DNA of 64,000 nt from a virus: positions 1-64,000 of IMG/VR virus record IMGVR_UViG_3300032050_000024, one strand, 5' to 3'. The notes below the pieces were generated by a model, which was given only the letters and a program-made list of their open reading frames with translations, was not told the DNA's origin and did not search any database. Of the stretch, positions 18,168 through 28,915 are shown piece by piece (the first letter of the stretch is position 1; each line of letters opens with the position of its first letter). A program made the position numbers and the translations under genes.

Positions 18168-19045
18168 TTTAAATACTTATTTTGTAATTTGTGAACTTCT
18201 TCAATTAATTTAGTATCCGAATCTTCCCGGAATTTATTTCTATCATTGGTATTAACTAATAAATTAGTATATGAATTTACTCGATACTTGTGGTTTTCTG
18301 AAACAACTAAATTTTCAACTACCCATTGCTGAACATCATATCCAGATTGTTTTAAAATTTGAGCACCATACATTAAAAACGTATCATCTGGGCCGTATGA
18401 TCCAAATGATTCAGGTAAATCGATTAATCTTAATAAATTTGTAGATATTAAATTAAACCATCCGCCTCCTAGTTTAAAATTTGATATTGGTTTTAATAAA
18501 GGATTTCCATATACTGTAGTAATAACTGTGTATGGATCTATAAATGTTTTATTATCCCATGGAAAGTCTGCATATGTTGAATTCATCAAAACATTCCATG
18601 AATCATCCCAAAGCTTTGGTATTTGTGGAGAGATTATAAAGTATTCATTATTAACTAACTTTGATGAATCTAATAATAATTTTAATGTTAATGGTGAAAA
18701 AATTAAATCTGCGTCTAAATAAATAAATGCATCAACATCTTTATATGTTCGTATGCTAGTTCTGCGTTTATCTGCACAACCTAAGCATGTTTTATCTGTA
18801 TTAATATCTTTTATAACATGGCACCAATCAAAGCACGTATCGATGCAATGATTAAACTTTTCTATGAAAAACTCTTTTGGTATTTTTGAATCGTTCCAAT
18901 CTACGAAGTTTAAATTTAACGTAATATCCAATGTTATATTATCATCGGATTTTAGATAATGACTACTTACCTTAAGTTGTTTTGCTTGCCATTCAAACCA
19001 ATCAATTTCATATGGCATTAAATGAACTATAATTTGTGTTTTCAT
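18164..19045 (-). CDS. GT-A fold glycosyltransferase
   Basis: YLDADL DxD motif, GGGWF, YGPDDTF. Confidence 0.7.
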   Translation of the reverse strand: MKTQIIVHLMPYEIDWFEWQAKQLKVSSHYLKSDDNITLDITLNLNFVDWNDSKIPKEFFIEKFNHCIDTCFDWCHVIKDINTDKTCLGCADKRRTSIRTYKDVDAFIYLDADLIFSPLTLKLLLDSSKLVNNEYFIISPQIPKLWDDSWNVLMNSTYADFPWDNKTFIDPYTVITTVYGNPLLKPISNFKLGGGWFNLISTNLLRLIDLPESFGSYGPDDTFLMYGAQILKQSGYDVQQWVVENLVVSENHKYRVNSYTNLLVNTNDRNKFREDSDTKLIEEVHKLQNKYLK

Positions 19046-19902
19046 ATACGTGTTTTATATAATCGTGCATGTTGTTCGGCAACATATTTGCTATTGCAAA
19101 GTTCTTTAATGTAATCAGGAGCCGTTGTTTCGATTGTTTGAATGTTGCCATGAATATCAATAATATACATGTATCCAGGAACTCCGCAACTCCATCCTTC
19201 TAATGTAGTACGGCCTAATAAAATACCTGCAGTGAAATTCATCATTTGAACTAAATTTTCAGTATCCCATCGTTTATCTACATATTTGATATTAGGATGA
19301 TTAAAATCATAACGACTTTCACTCATTATGTATAAGTCCCAATCATTTTCTATGCATTGTTGAACTATATGTTGAACTGCCCTAAATCGAATTGGATCTA
19401 ACACCTCTCCAACAAATATCCCGGAATATCTTTCTAATTTTTCTGCTTCATTGCTATTAAATCTTGTTTGGTCAATTGGATTGTAAATCAATGAAACTTT
19501 AGATGCTGGAATTTTATAATCATTAATCAACATATCTGCAATTGGTTTACGTATTGCAATGTAATGTGATATCCTAGAATCCAACACCGGATTCTCCGAT
19601 CTAATTTCAGAATGTATAATACTAATAATTGGTGTTTCTTTAAAATGCTCTAATATAAACAAATTGACTTCAGGTTGACTTGCTATTATTATATTATATT
19701 TTTCTGACGTATCCAAATTTGTTAAATCTAATTGCCGTACATGTTGCAATTTCAATCTCGTTTGATCCATCCAATCTATTTGTCGCAATGTAAATAATGT
19801 TACATCATGTCCTGCTGCATCTAATTCGCGAGCTAATTCATAATGATAAAGTTCGCTACCACCCAATCCGTTAGCGTTTAAACATCCTAAAAGTATTTTC
19901 AT
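19042..19902 (-). CDS. GT-B (GT4-like) glycosyltransferase
   Basis: GGSELY..ELAREL...GHDV, IYNPID..RF, GRTTLEG..CG.P. Confidence 0.75.
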   Translation of the reverse strand: MKILLGCLNANGLGGSELYHYELARELDAAGHDVTLFTLRQIDWMDQTRLKLQHVRQLDLTNLDTSEKYNIIIASQPEVNLFILEHFKETPIISIIHSEIRSENPVLDSRISHYIAIRKPIADMLINDYKIPASKVSLIYNPIDQTRFNSNEAEKLERYSGIFVGEVLDPIRFRAVQHIVQQCIENDWDLYIMSESRYDFNHPNIKYVDKRWDTENLVQMMNFTAGILLGRTTLEGWSCGVPGYMYIIDIHGNIQTIETTAPDYIKELCNSKYVAEQHARLYKTRI

Positions 19903-19904
19903 AA

Positions 19905-20585
19905 TTATTTTGTTTTTAACATATTGATTTTTGCGATATCTAATGAAAATAATCCACTATTAATATATGATTGGTATGCTATTTGATCGTGGTTTACTAC
20001 ATTTGCTGCGTACGCATATTGGGCATCGCGGACAGCTTTTCCGTTGTCTGGATGTAAGTGTTCCCATATGATATCCGGGAAATACTGTATACATTCTGCT
20101 GTCTTACCTAAATCAACCCAAAAGTTATCAGCATACATATGAAGTAAACTAGTTGGAATCATATAACCCAATGTTTTGATAATGTTACTTGTCATACAAA
20201 CCGCGGTTGGTAATCGTTCTCCCTGTAACAAATCATTTCCATATGCAATACCTACTCCATGTTTTTCGAAGTATGTAATCATTTCAAATTCCCATGATGA
20301 TTTAATAACATGATCATCGCCAAAAAATGCAATGTATTTATATTCATCCGCAAATCGTTCGGCGGCTCGATTCAGTTTTGGAACTAAACGTTCATTTGGA
20401 TTAACTGTGTATATTACTCCTTGGTATCGATCATAATAATGTTCGTCATCTTCATCTAATGATACACATATATCTGAAAGCCCTTCTGTAAACAACATCC
20501 AATGTTGAATAAATCGTTCTACATTTCGTTCTCTGCCGGATCCTGCCGATCGACTTGGTACTATAACTAAAATTTTGTTTTTCAT
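19905..20585 (-). CDS. Glycosyltransferase family 2
   Basis: LVIVPSR, KLNRAA, FFGDDH, HMYADN, EHLHP. Confidence 0.75.
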   Translation of the reverse strand: MKNKILVIVPSRSAGSGRERNVERFIQHWMLFTEGLSDICVSLDEDDEHYYDRYQGVIYTVNPNERLVPKLNRAAERFADEYKYIAFFGDDHVIKSSWEFEMITYFEKHGVGIAYGNDLLQGERLPTAVCMTSNIIKTLGYMIPTSLLHMYADNFWVDLGKTAECIQYFPDIIWEHLHPDNGKAVRDAQYAYAANVVNHDQIAYQSYINSGLFSLDIAKINMLKTK

Positions 20586-21358
20586 ATAACTTTATTATAA
20601 ATATTTCCGAATAATTTAATATCATCAAATAGTGTTGCAGACTGATTGCATTCATATACTATCAAGCCATCGTAGTGGTGCATATGCAATGTTTCTGCTA
20701 ATTGATAATGGGTATCTGATTCTTTAAAACTTTGTAATCCTATTTCTGAAACATGCACATGATCTATGTATTGTTGATATTTTATAAACTCGTCTTTTGG
20801 ATTTTGATTTTCTAAAATGATGTTGTGAGTATCAATCATGGTTTTGATATTGTTAAAATTATTCCGATTTAGAAATTTAACAATTTCATCAAGTGTAAAA
20901 AAATATTCGCCGCCGTATCGTTGACTATTAGGTTCTAACAATAATGATATACTAGTTCCGGTGATTTTTTCATCTAATATATGTAATGCTTCTAGTTGCA
21001 TTGTATGATTGAAATTAATTCGTTGTTTCGGCGAACCTAATACAATTTTTTCAATTCCTATAGCAATACAAGCATCAATTAATTGATCCATGTGCCTTAA
21101 GAAACTAGCATCTCCTATTTCTGTAACATCTGAATTAAACAATACTGATTGCGTTGATTTAACTTCAATATCCGATGAATTAATCATATCACGCAATGTT
21201 GTTAATTTATCCACATCAATTGGATTCCATGGGCTATGTTTTGGTATTACCATTTCTATGCAAGATATGCCGTTTGAATTCAATGCATTCAATGTTTTAT
21301 CAAAATGGTCGATGCTTGGCCAGGCTAGTTCGCTAATTCCTAATTTCATTATTTCCAA
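20582..21358 (-). CDS. Sugar phosphate isomerase/epimerase (xylose isomerase-like TIM barrel)
   Basis: LGISELAW, VLGSPKQR, LEPN..YGG, MIDTHN, HVHVSE. Confidence 0.8.
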   Translation of the reverse strand: MEIMKLGISELAWPSIDHFDKTLNALNSNGISCIEMVIPKHSPWNPIDVDKLTTLRDMINSSDIEVKSTQSVLFNSDVTEIGDASFLRHMDQLIDACIAIGIEKIVLGSPKQRINFNHTMQLEALHILDEKITGTSISLLLEPNSQRYGGEYFFTLDEIVKFLNRNNFNNIKTMIDTHNIILENQNPKDEFIKYQQYIDHVHVSEIGLQSFKESDTHYQLAETLHMHHYDGLIVYECNQSATLFDDIKLFGNIYNKVI

Positions 21359-22947
21359 ACTAGTTTATCATGGGTTGCACTTAATATCTTATCATCTTGA
21401 AACGAAACTCGCATTAGCTTTTCTGGATAAAAACAATGTACATCATTTTCAATTATTGACCAATTGCCTGTCGGTAACACAACCATTGTTTCATTGTCTT
21501 CCGGTTTATGTATGCATTGTAACTGATTTGAAATTTGTGGGTTTAATTTAGTTTTTTGTATGGAATGATAATTTTCTAAAACATTATCATAAAATGTATT
21601 CCATTTTGACATTACTTCAGGAGACCCCATACACCACCAATCACATATATCATTATAATGGAATTCTGCATCACATTTGGATTCGATACTACACTTTACA
21701 CATCCACCACCACCGCCGGCGTGTACATGAGTTCCGGAATTAACTACTAATAGATCTTTGAATTTTGATACATTTAAAATATCATTATATGATACAAAAA
21801 AGTTTGAAACATCGGATCTACATAACATTACTACATCATAGTTATTCATCTCAACCAATGATGTTGCTTTTTGTCGAATAAAACATTGAGATGTTATCCG
21901 GGAAAATGTAGCCTTATAATCTGCAGTATGAATCATAATTGGATCTGCTGCTTTATATTTCAATTCATTAAAATAACTTAAATCATTATCAGTAACATAA
22001 TAAGACTTCACTGCGAGTTCATTGGATATATGCGTAATGGTATCATGTATAGATTCATTAGAATAAAATGCTAAATAAAAATGTACATTAAAATTTAAAC
22101 TAAATCGTTTCCAATCATCAATTCTATTTAGTATATCGCGAGGTTCTCCAAACAAACAAACTGCTATATTAGTATTTTGTAAACTAAAACTATTAACGAA
22201 TTCTTGTATTTCATGTAGTATCCGAGTTTTTGTTCTTACATACCCATCTAGATTAGACGTTGTTTTAAAATTATATGAAATTGGCGGTGATTTTGTATCT
22301 ACTTGTTTTTTATTTATGTCAAACAGTTTTAAAATATCCGAAGTATGAATTGGCTCAGTAAATAAATTTATCGTTAATGCATGATACTTAAATAGATTTA
22401 GACAATGGGTTGTATCCGAATCTATGTCATTCAAATTGTACCATTGAAATTCTGAATTGTAATTTATTTTATCAATGTTATTATTATGCAGTAAATCATA
22501 TAATATGTTTTTCTTTATATGTTTTCCAAATAGCGCAGGTAATCTTAAAACTAATAATTTTTGATATGATAGTGTTGATGTAATTAGTTTCTCAAAAATT
22601 AAACGGTTTGACCCATATGCCGGAGCAGATATAGTTAGTTCATATGATTCGTCTGAATTAACCGGAGCATTGTAATAAACATCGATTGTAGAATATAATA
22701 CAATTGTTCCGTATTGTTTTTTTGATAAAATATTTAAAATGTTAAATATATTTTCTAAATCCTTTTGCGGCTCTAAATTAACTTTCCATTTGGTTGCGGG
22801 CAAACATGCTAAATATAATTCGGTTGTTGTATCTGTTTGTATGTTAATTAATTCATTAATGTTGCTGCTATTAAATTCGTAGTCAAATTTTACCGAATCT
22901 TTTAGAGTTGTCCCAATTAAACCTGTATTACCTATTAATATTTTCAT
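21349..22947 (-). CDS. NAD-dependent epimerase/SDR domain fused to a putative glycosyltransferase
   Basis: LIGNTGLIG Rossmann motif, STIDVY, YGSNR, RLPALFG; C-terminal half begins IAVCLFGEPR and contains R.D. Confidence 0.7.
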   Translation of the reverse strand: MKILIGNTGLIGTTLKDSVKFDYEFNSSNINELINIQTDTTTELYLACLPATKWKVNLEPQKDLENIFNILNILSKKQYGTIVLYSTIDVYYNAPVNSDESYELTISAPAYGSNRLIFEKLITSTLSYQKLLVLRLPALFGKHIKKNILYDLLHNNNIDKINYNSEFQWYNLNDIDSDTTHCLNLFKYHALTINLFTEPIHTSDILKLFDINKKQVDTKSPPISYNFKTTSNLDGYVRTKTRILHEIQEFVNSFSLQNTNIAVCLFGEPRDILNRIDDWKRFSLNFNVHFYLAFYSNESIHDTITHISNELAVKSYYVTDNDLSYFNELKYKAADPIMIHTADYKATFSRITSQCFIRQKATSLVEMNNYDVVMLCRSDVSNFFVSYNDILNVSKFKDLLVVNSGTHVHAGGGGGCVKCSIESKCDAEFHYNDICDWWCMGSPEVMSKWNTFYDNVLENYHSIQKTKLNPQISNQLQCIHKPEDNETMVVLPTGNWSIIENDVHCFYPEKLMRVSFQDDKILSATHDKLVWK

Positions 22948-23923
22948 TGATGTAATTTTCTAATGTGTATATTCCTTGAATTTTTCCAGTAATGCAGGTT
23001 ATAATGTTATCATGTTTTACAATCACCGGGGCTCGATCTGCAGATTCAGAATACCTCTTAACTTTTACCGAAGTATAATATGAATTATATGCAAAGTCTG
23101 TTAAAAAATTTTTATAATAAAATGCAATTTTTTGTTCAACGGCTTCTTTGTTACGTAATAAGTCACGTGATGATGTTTTTTCTGAGAATTCTTGAATATC
23201 AATAAATCGTTCACTAGTATACACCGGAGTATATTCAACATCAGTAACTGTGTATTGATTATCCATATATGGGTAAATTGAAAATAATGGGCCATCTACC
23301 ATAGTAACTGATCCAAATTTATTAGCAGAAATACGATCATATATCATCGTTAAACTTAATTCAAAAAAATGATCTGATAATGGTTTTAATTGATTATTTG
23401 TAACATTTATCACATAATCATATTGTTTAGCTAATAATTTTAACTCAGATTCATCAATTGATTTCATAATGAAAATATCTCGTAATTCATGTTGAAAAAA
23501 TGTCTTTGATTTTACCGGGTCAATATATTTTTCGTCAATAATTACACTTCCTTCGATATTATTGAAATCAGGTAATGGTTTTTCAGCAAAATTAATTTGT
23601 TCATGGGTGAATATGGTTTTAAATGTTCCATAATCAATTAATGAGTTATCTATAGGAACAACATAATAATTATCATCAATATCTGAAACTAGATCTGGAT
23701 AATCTTGTATAAATGTATTAAATGTATTTTGACATAAATTTCTAGTTTTTTGATTTCTACTATAATGAAATCCTTTATGCAATCTATTTTGATTAAAAAA
23801 CGAAGATCCAGAAAAAATACCAGATTTGTCAAACAATGTTACATCATGATGTTGTTTTAATTTGTATGCCATATGGCATCCTAACCAACCACCGCCAATT
23901 ATTGCAATTTTCTTTGAACTCAT
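22928..23923 (-). CDS. FAD-dependent oxidoreductase
   Basis: IAIIGGGWLG, NQNRLH.GFHY.R, MVDGP..SIYP, GKI. Confidence 0.85.
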   Translation of the reverse strand: MSSKKIAIIGGGWLGCHMAYKLKQHHDVTLFDKSGIFSGSSFFNQNRLHKGFHYSRNQKTRNLCQNTFNTFIQDYPDLVSDIDDNYYVVPIDNSLIDYGTFKTIFTHEQINFAEKPLPDFNNIEGSVIIDEKYIDPVKSKTFFQHELRDIFIMKSIDESELKLLAKQYDYVINVTNNQLKPLSDHFFELSLTMIYDRISANKFGSVTMVDGPLFSIYPYMDNQYTVTDVEYTPVYTSERFIDIQEFSEKTSSRDLLRNKEAVEQKIAFYYKNFLTDFAYNSYYTSVKVKRYSESADRAPVIVKHDNIITCITGKIQGIYTLENYINENINR

Positions 23924-24543
23924 AATGTATTGTAATAATTATTTTGTTTTACTTGTCGTTCAATTGTCTTTGGATGATAAAGTGAGTAATCTTCCTCCAT
24001 TGGAAGATGTGCATACTTTTTGTATCCATCTAACACTTCATGTACCTTATGTTTCCAACGAATCGAAGGAGTATTTTTAAAAATTCTCCACTGATAATCT
24101 GGCCAATTTATCCACCCTTCTGCATTTACATTCCATCCCCATTGTTGCATATGATCTTGTGTCATACCTTTAACTGTATTAACTCTTGGAACTAAGTAAA
24201 CTTCTGTTTCTGGATTTTGTTCTAAAATAAATGGCAAAGATTCTATAATCGAAGTGCATGGCATTTCGTCTGCATCTATTTGAAAGATATAGTCGCCATC
24301 ACATAATGATGTTAAATGATTTTTCCAATCTGCAAAATGTCCTTGAAATTCAGCTTTATGCCAGGCAAATGATTTATTAACAGACCGATTTCGTAAAAAT
24401 AATTCTATTTCTGGATCGCCATTCTTTGAATCATATAATACAACAACGCCATCTTGTGGTCTTTTGTGTGTTAATAAAAAATTCAATAAGCGCTGTATTT
24501 CTAAGAATTCGTTACATACAGTAACTGCATATGTTATTTTCAT
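23920..24543 (-). CDS. Glycosyltransferase family 2
   Basis: ITYAVTVCNE, FQIDADE, WPDYQWRI, VHE. Confidence 0.85.
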   Translation of the reverse strand: MKITYAVTVCNEFLEIQRLLNFLLTHKRPQDGVVVLYDSKNGDPEIELFLRNRSVNKSFAWHKAEFQGHFADWKNHLTSLCDGDYIFQIDADEMPCTSIIESLPFILEQNPETEVYLVPRVNTVKGMTQDHMQQWGWNVNAEGWINWPDYQWRIFKNTPSIRWKHKVHEVLDGYKKYAHLPMEEDYSLYHPKTIERQVKQNNYYNTL

Positions 24544-24548
24544 ACTAT

Positions 24549-24577
24549 ATTATATTAAAATTGTTGTTAATATCAAA
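24549..24577 (-). promoter_or_regulatory. sigma70-like promoter TTTGAT-N17-TATAAT; ATG 5 nt downstream
   Basis: Recurrent motif. Confidence 0.6.
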
Positions 24578-25808
24578 CCTTTTGTAGTTTTGGTAATTTT
24601 AACTCAACAGCTTTTGGTAACTTATCAATACCAGAATCAATAATCTCTAATACTTGATCATATATGCTAGATACTGCCGTTTCAGTAAATGTTGAATTAA
24701 CGAAGTATCTTTGACGTTTTGCTAATTCTACCCATTTTTTATAATTCTTTAAAACATCTTTCATCATGGAGCTAGCATATCCATAATCCACAGTAAACCA
24801 TTTAGCATCGCCAATTAAAAATTCATTTTGAGCTGTTGGATGAATAGGAGTCAATTGGCCAGGTAATGCACATATAAAATCTTTCTTTAAGAAATCAGCT
24901 TGACCCGAATAATGTGGAGCTAATATGGGTTTACTTGTTGATGAAAATTCTAATAACGGTCTTCCAAACCCTTCTGCTTTTGTAAATGATATTAGAGCTT
25001 TTATTTTTGGATGATTGTACAATGCATTCATTTCGGCCGTAGTTAAATCACCATGTAACAAATATACTGACGGTAATCGTTCACCCGGGAATAATGATGC
25101 TACTTGATTGATACGATCTTGCATTTCAAATCGGTCAGTTACGGAATATGTTGCTCCACTTGTTTTAAGTATTAATGCGGGTGCATCTTTTTTATTTTTA
25201 AATGTATTAAAAAAACAATGTAGCATTCCGCTTATGTTTTTTCTGTCTTCGCCTACTTGACCTTGCAACCAATGTCCTACACTTAAAAATGCTTCAGATT
25301 CTCGTATTTCATTTAATCCTGCAACTTTAGTAGTTACTGATTTATTATTGTATTGTGTTTCATCAAAATATTCTGGAACAACTTGAATTTTTGTAAGAAT
25401 ATCTAAATTATGACGTTTTGCGGTTTCTTCAAATACTGTTTTAGTAAATTCACTAGGAACTATTACAACTTGCATTTGATTAATTTTTTCAATCCATTCT
25501 TTAGGACAAATATCGCCTTCGGTTCCTGCCGTAACTCCAATATTATATTTACCAATTGGTTGAAATTCATTTGGAACTGTTATCTGTACCCAAACATCTG
25601 GTTGAGAGGTTAATGGCAATGGAACTATTCGATTAGCCCAATCTACTGGTATTGGATATGTCATTGGAGTATGACCCCATGGCATTGATAACAATTTAAT
25701 ATCCCATTCTGCACTTTTTTTATTAATAAATTGTTTGATAACTTCGCGTGCATGATGTCCATAACCACTTTGCGTTGCTACTGGAGATGATATAACTACT
25801 TTATACAT
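24573..25808 (-). CDS. GT-B (GT4) glycosyltransferase
   Basis: SGYGHHAR, DRKN, EGFGRPLLE, SGQADF. Confidence 0.85.
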   Translation of the reverse strand: MYKVVISSPVATQSGYGHHAREVIKQFINKKSAEWDIKLLSMPWGHTPMTYPIPVDWANRIVPLPLTSQPDVWVQITVPNEFQPIGKYNIGVTAGTEGDICPKEWIEKINQMQVVIVPSEFTKTVFEETAKRHNLDILTKIQVVPEYFDETQYNNKSVTTKVAGLNEIRESEAFLSVGHWLQGQVGEDRKNISGMLHCFFNTFKNKKDAPALILKTSGATYSVTDRFEMQDRINQVASLFPGERLPSVYLLHGDLTTAEMNALYNHPKIKALISFTKAEGFGRPLLEFSSTSKPILAPHYSGQADFLKKDFICALPGQLTPIHPTAQNEFLIGDAKWFTVDYGYASSMMKDVLKNYKKWVELAKRQRYFVNSTFTETAVSSIYDQVLEIIDSGIDKLPKAVELKLPKLQKV

Positions 25809-27295
25809 TCTACTATTCCTGTTTTTTCGTATTTATGTTCTATAACTTTATTTAACGTATATCTTGAACGATTCATTGGTTTATGAGTGAATAAATAATC
25901 AATCATATGAATCATTTTTTGACCCATCTGTTCTCCCGTAAGTCCATTTTGTAACGCCCATTGTCTGCCGGCTTGACCCATTTCTTCTCGAAGCGTTTCT
26001 GGAGTATTATACCAATATTCAATTGCATTAGCTACATCTTCATAATTTACTCGATCATCAAAGATATATGGCGTTTGAGGCGAACCTTGAAGTGATCGGT
26101 TACTTGGAAACACCGGTTTGGCCCATACTCCATGTAATTTATATCGACCCATATGATTTGTTGCAAAATCGCCATTAAAACGTATCCATTCATCATTTTC
26201 GTCTACAAAACCGCATTGATCTTGTAATCCTCCGGTAACATTGTTAATAATTGGCGTTCCTGACAAAATTGCTTCAGTTGAACTCAAACCCCAACCTTCA
26301 TTTGAACCAATATTAACTACTACATCTGCAACATTATACATTGCATTTAAGTCTGCAGCTCCTATCTTTTGTTCTGAAAATATTATTTTACAATTTGGAG
26401 CTAATGCCTTCCATATGGCTCGTAAATCCGTTCCATTTCCATCAACAACTTGCGTATGCATAAGTAATGCAACTTTGTTTTGTTTATCTACTGGTAATTT
26501 ATCAACAAAATGTTTGAATGCTAGGATTAAATCACCAGGTTGTTTTCTTCGTATATTTCTATTATTCCAAAATACAATAAAATCTACTCCATTAGCTTGT
26601 TTTAAACGATCATATGCAGCTTGATATAAAGGATCTTCCGAATCTAATGGTTTAAATATGTTATGATTTAATCCGTGAGGCACAAATCCTGTAATGATTT
26701 GATTTGGTTCTACAGTGCCTGGAACTTCATCATGTTCGTCATAATCTACAACCTTAAATCCGTTCTGTGTAAGAACTTCTCTGTGAATATTATCAGATTG
26801 CTTACTAATTCCCATAATTAAATCACAACTTGCATAAAAAGGTGCATTCCACATTGGATACGGTAAATCATCCCAAATTGAATAATAAATTATAGGAACT
26901 TGATATGTTGTTTTAATTTCATGTTCTAATGCATATAACCAAGTCCAATAACGAGGATCAGTAAAATGAAATATTGCATCTGGTTGTTCTTGATTTAGAA
27001 GTGCAAATAAAATATTTTTATCGCCATATCCGTTCCATGGAATAAGTTTTACTGATGCATCTTGTACACCTGTTTCTCGCGCTACGTCTGCAGATAAATC
27101 GAATCCGCGGCCAGCTTCTGGGTGTTCTAATGCTGCACCTAGTTGCACCCAATCATAATGATGCACGGTGTTTAAAATAATTTCTTTACTAATAGTTCCA
27201 ATTCCCGAAGGCAATCGAAAATCATCTGCTAATAATAAAATTTTCTTTTTCTTTGTTTTGTTAAGGTCAATTTTTTGTAACTTTGGTAACTCCAT
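25796..27295 (-). CDS. GT-B (GT4) glycosyltransferase
   Basis: NRNIRRKQ, NEGWGLSSTEA..GTPII..TGGL; ATATTTAT at 27329-27336. Confidence 0.85.
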   Translation of the reverse strand: MELPKLQKIDLNKTKKKKILLLADDFRLPSGIGTISKEIILNTVHHYDWVQLGAALEHPEAGRGFDLSADVARETGVQDASVKLIPWNGYGDKNILFALLNQEQPDAIFHFTDPRYWTWLYALEHEIKTTYQVPIIYYSIWDDLPYPMWNAPFYASCDLIMGISKQSDNIHREVLTQNGFKVVDYDEHDEVPGTVEPNQIITGFVPHGLNHNIFKPLDSEDPLYQAAYDRLKQANGVDFIVFWNNRNIRRKQPGDLILAFKHFVDKLPVDKQNKVALLMHTQVVDGNGTDLRAIWKALAPNCKIIFSEQKIGAADLNAMYNVADVVVNIGSNEGWGLSSTEAILSGTPIINNVTGGLQDQCGFVDENDEWIRFNGDFATNHMGRYKLHGVWAKPVFPSNRSLQGSPQTPYIFDDRVNYEDVANAIEYWYNTPETLREEMGQAGRQWALQNGLTGEQMGQKMIHMIDYLFTHKPMNRSRYTLNKVIEHKYEKTGIVECIK

Positions 27296-27337
27296 TCGCG
27301 TCCTTTATAACTTTTATATAACTTTAATATAAATATA

Positions 27338-27745
27338 TTATCCCAGTATAACAACCGGTTTATTTAATTTTTTTGATTTTGTCCATGCAGTTTGTAATAC
27401 TGGATCTAATTGCATTTCATTGGTTAGTATCATCATGTAATCACAACGTTCTGCAATAAGTTTCATGCGATGATGAAGTTGACTAAAATGATATGGTTTT
27501 CCATAATATGATTCTGGCATTGCTGAATAAATGTTATATCCAGAAAAGCTAGGATTATATTCTTCGTATTGTAATCCAAATTCTAATGTATATTTCCTAA
27601 CCATGCTATTGGCTCCTTCATTTCCACCAGCACCTACCACAATTAATTCTTCTCCAAATTTTGTTTTAAGCATTTGAAGTGTTTCTTGAACCTTTCTTCT
27701 ATTTTGCCAATTTGTATTTCCTATAACTGCTACCCGGGTACTCAT
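27338..27745 (-). CDS. SLOG/DprA-like nucleotide-binding protein
   Basis: RVAVIG, VGAGG..GA..MV..Y, IAE.CD, A..K..KPV.I. Confidence 0.6.
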   Translation of the reverse strand: MSTRVAVIGNTNWQNRRKVQETLQMLKTKFGEELIVVGAGGNEGANSMVRKYTLEFGLQYEEYNPSFSGYNIYSAMPESYYGKPYHFSQLHHRMKLIAERCDYMMILTNEMQLDPVLQTAWTKSKKLNKPVVILG

Positions 27746-27984
27746 ACGTTTTCTCTTAAGAATTTAACACCTTTTGGATAATGTCCATAAACTAATCGAA
27801 GCATTGATTCTAATAATTTTTTATTTTCTTTCGAATTGGGCCCAGTAATATTAGTGCATAATGTATATTCCATTGTAGTCCAACGTTTACCTGCCCACGT
27901 TTTATGATTTTCTATTTCAAAAGAATATACATAAACATGTTCATGCTTATATCTTATTCTCGTATTCTGTTCTCTTTCGGACAT
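27742..27984 (-). CDS. Hypothetical protein
   Basis: 80-aa ORF in the operon; the start may lie slightly downstream. Confidence 0.55.
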   Translation of the reverse strand: MSEREQNTRIRYKHEHVYVYSFEIENHKTWAGKRWTTMEYTLCTNITGPNSKENKKLLESMLRLVYGHYPKGVKFLRENV

Positions 27985-28910
27985 CTTTCGTAATCTGTTT
28001 TAAATGGACAATACTTGCAATTTGCAGCACCTTTGCCGGCAACTGCTAAATAATTTTGCTCTGCGCGCTTATTACCTTCAGCATCAAAACAATATTCTAC
28101 AAATGCATCAATACTGCGTTGAACTCGCTTTTGTGTAACACTGCCAGCAGCAGGTTTGATACTTTGAATACGTTTTTGCGGAAACATTGATTCTTCCATT
28201 ATTTTGCGTTTAACTACAAAAAATTCAACATCAATATTCTCTTTAGGAACGCCATATTGTTTTGCAAAATAATTTTTATATGTTATAAGCTGTGCTAATT
28301 TAAGTGAATCTGATTTAGCATTTTTATTCCATCCACTACGACTTGTTTTAATGTCGTATATTTGAATCTTACCTGTTGGAATGTGTCGCATAACAACATC
28401 CATAAACCCATACCAATATACTGAAGAATTTGCGTCAGATGCTTGTACACATAGTTCCATTTCAATGCCTACCAATTCCCAATTCTTAGATGAAAAGTAT
28501 TGTGAACGTCGTTTCATAAACCATTCTAATATTGCAACGCCGTCTTCTAGATATTCTGCTAACTGTAAAGGATTAGAAAAATGTTCGCCGTTATTTTCTT
28601 GTACACAACGAACATATTCTGATTTCAATTTATTTGTAAGTATTTCTCGAAGATTGAGTGCTTCTGCCTTTTTAACAGATTCCGTATACATTACAGTTAA
28701 GAAATGTTGAAATGTTTCATGAAATGCTGTTCCGAAACATGTTTCTATAGAAGTTTGAAATGGAGATAACCCATCAATATAATTTAATTTCCATGAAAGT
28801 GGACATCGTTCAAAAAGTGACCATTGTGAATATGATATTCTTCTAGGTACCGTAGTTGCATCTACTTGAGATAAACGATATATAGGTGCTAAATAATTCC
28901 CGGATTTCAT
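27954..28910 (-). CDS. PD-(D/E)xK Cas4/RecB-like exonuclease
   Basis: ISYSQ...CP, GTAFH, E..GFMD..YDIKT, QL..Y, C-terminal CKYCPF....C. Confidence 0.85.
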   Translation of the reverse strand: MKSGNYLAPIYRLSQVDATTVPRRISYSQWSLFERCPLSWKLNYIDGLSPFQTSIETCFGTAFHETFQHFLTVMYTESVKKAEALNLREILTNKLKSEYVRCVQENNGEHFSNPLQLAEYLEDGVAILEWFMKRRSQYFSSKNWELVGIEMELCVQASDANSSVYWYGFMDVVMRHIPTGKIQIYDIKTSRSGWNKNAKSDSLKLAQLITYKNYFAKQYGVPKENIDVEFFVVKRKIMEESMFPQKRIQSIKPAAGSVTQKRVQRSIDAFVEYCFDAEGNKRAEQNYLAVAGKGAANCKYCPFKTDYERCPKENRIRE

Positions 28911-28915
28911 ATTAT

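Noticed and set aside
27954-28910. Cas4-like nuclease as evidence of a CRISPR-Cas system
   Set aside because: No repeat-spacer array or other cas genes were seen; stand-alone Cas4-like exonucleases are common in phage replication modules.
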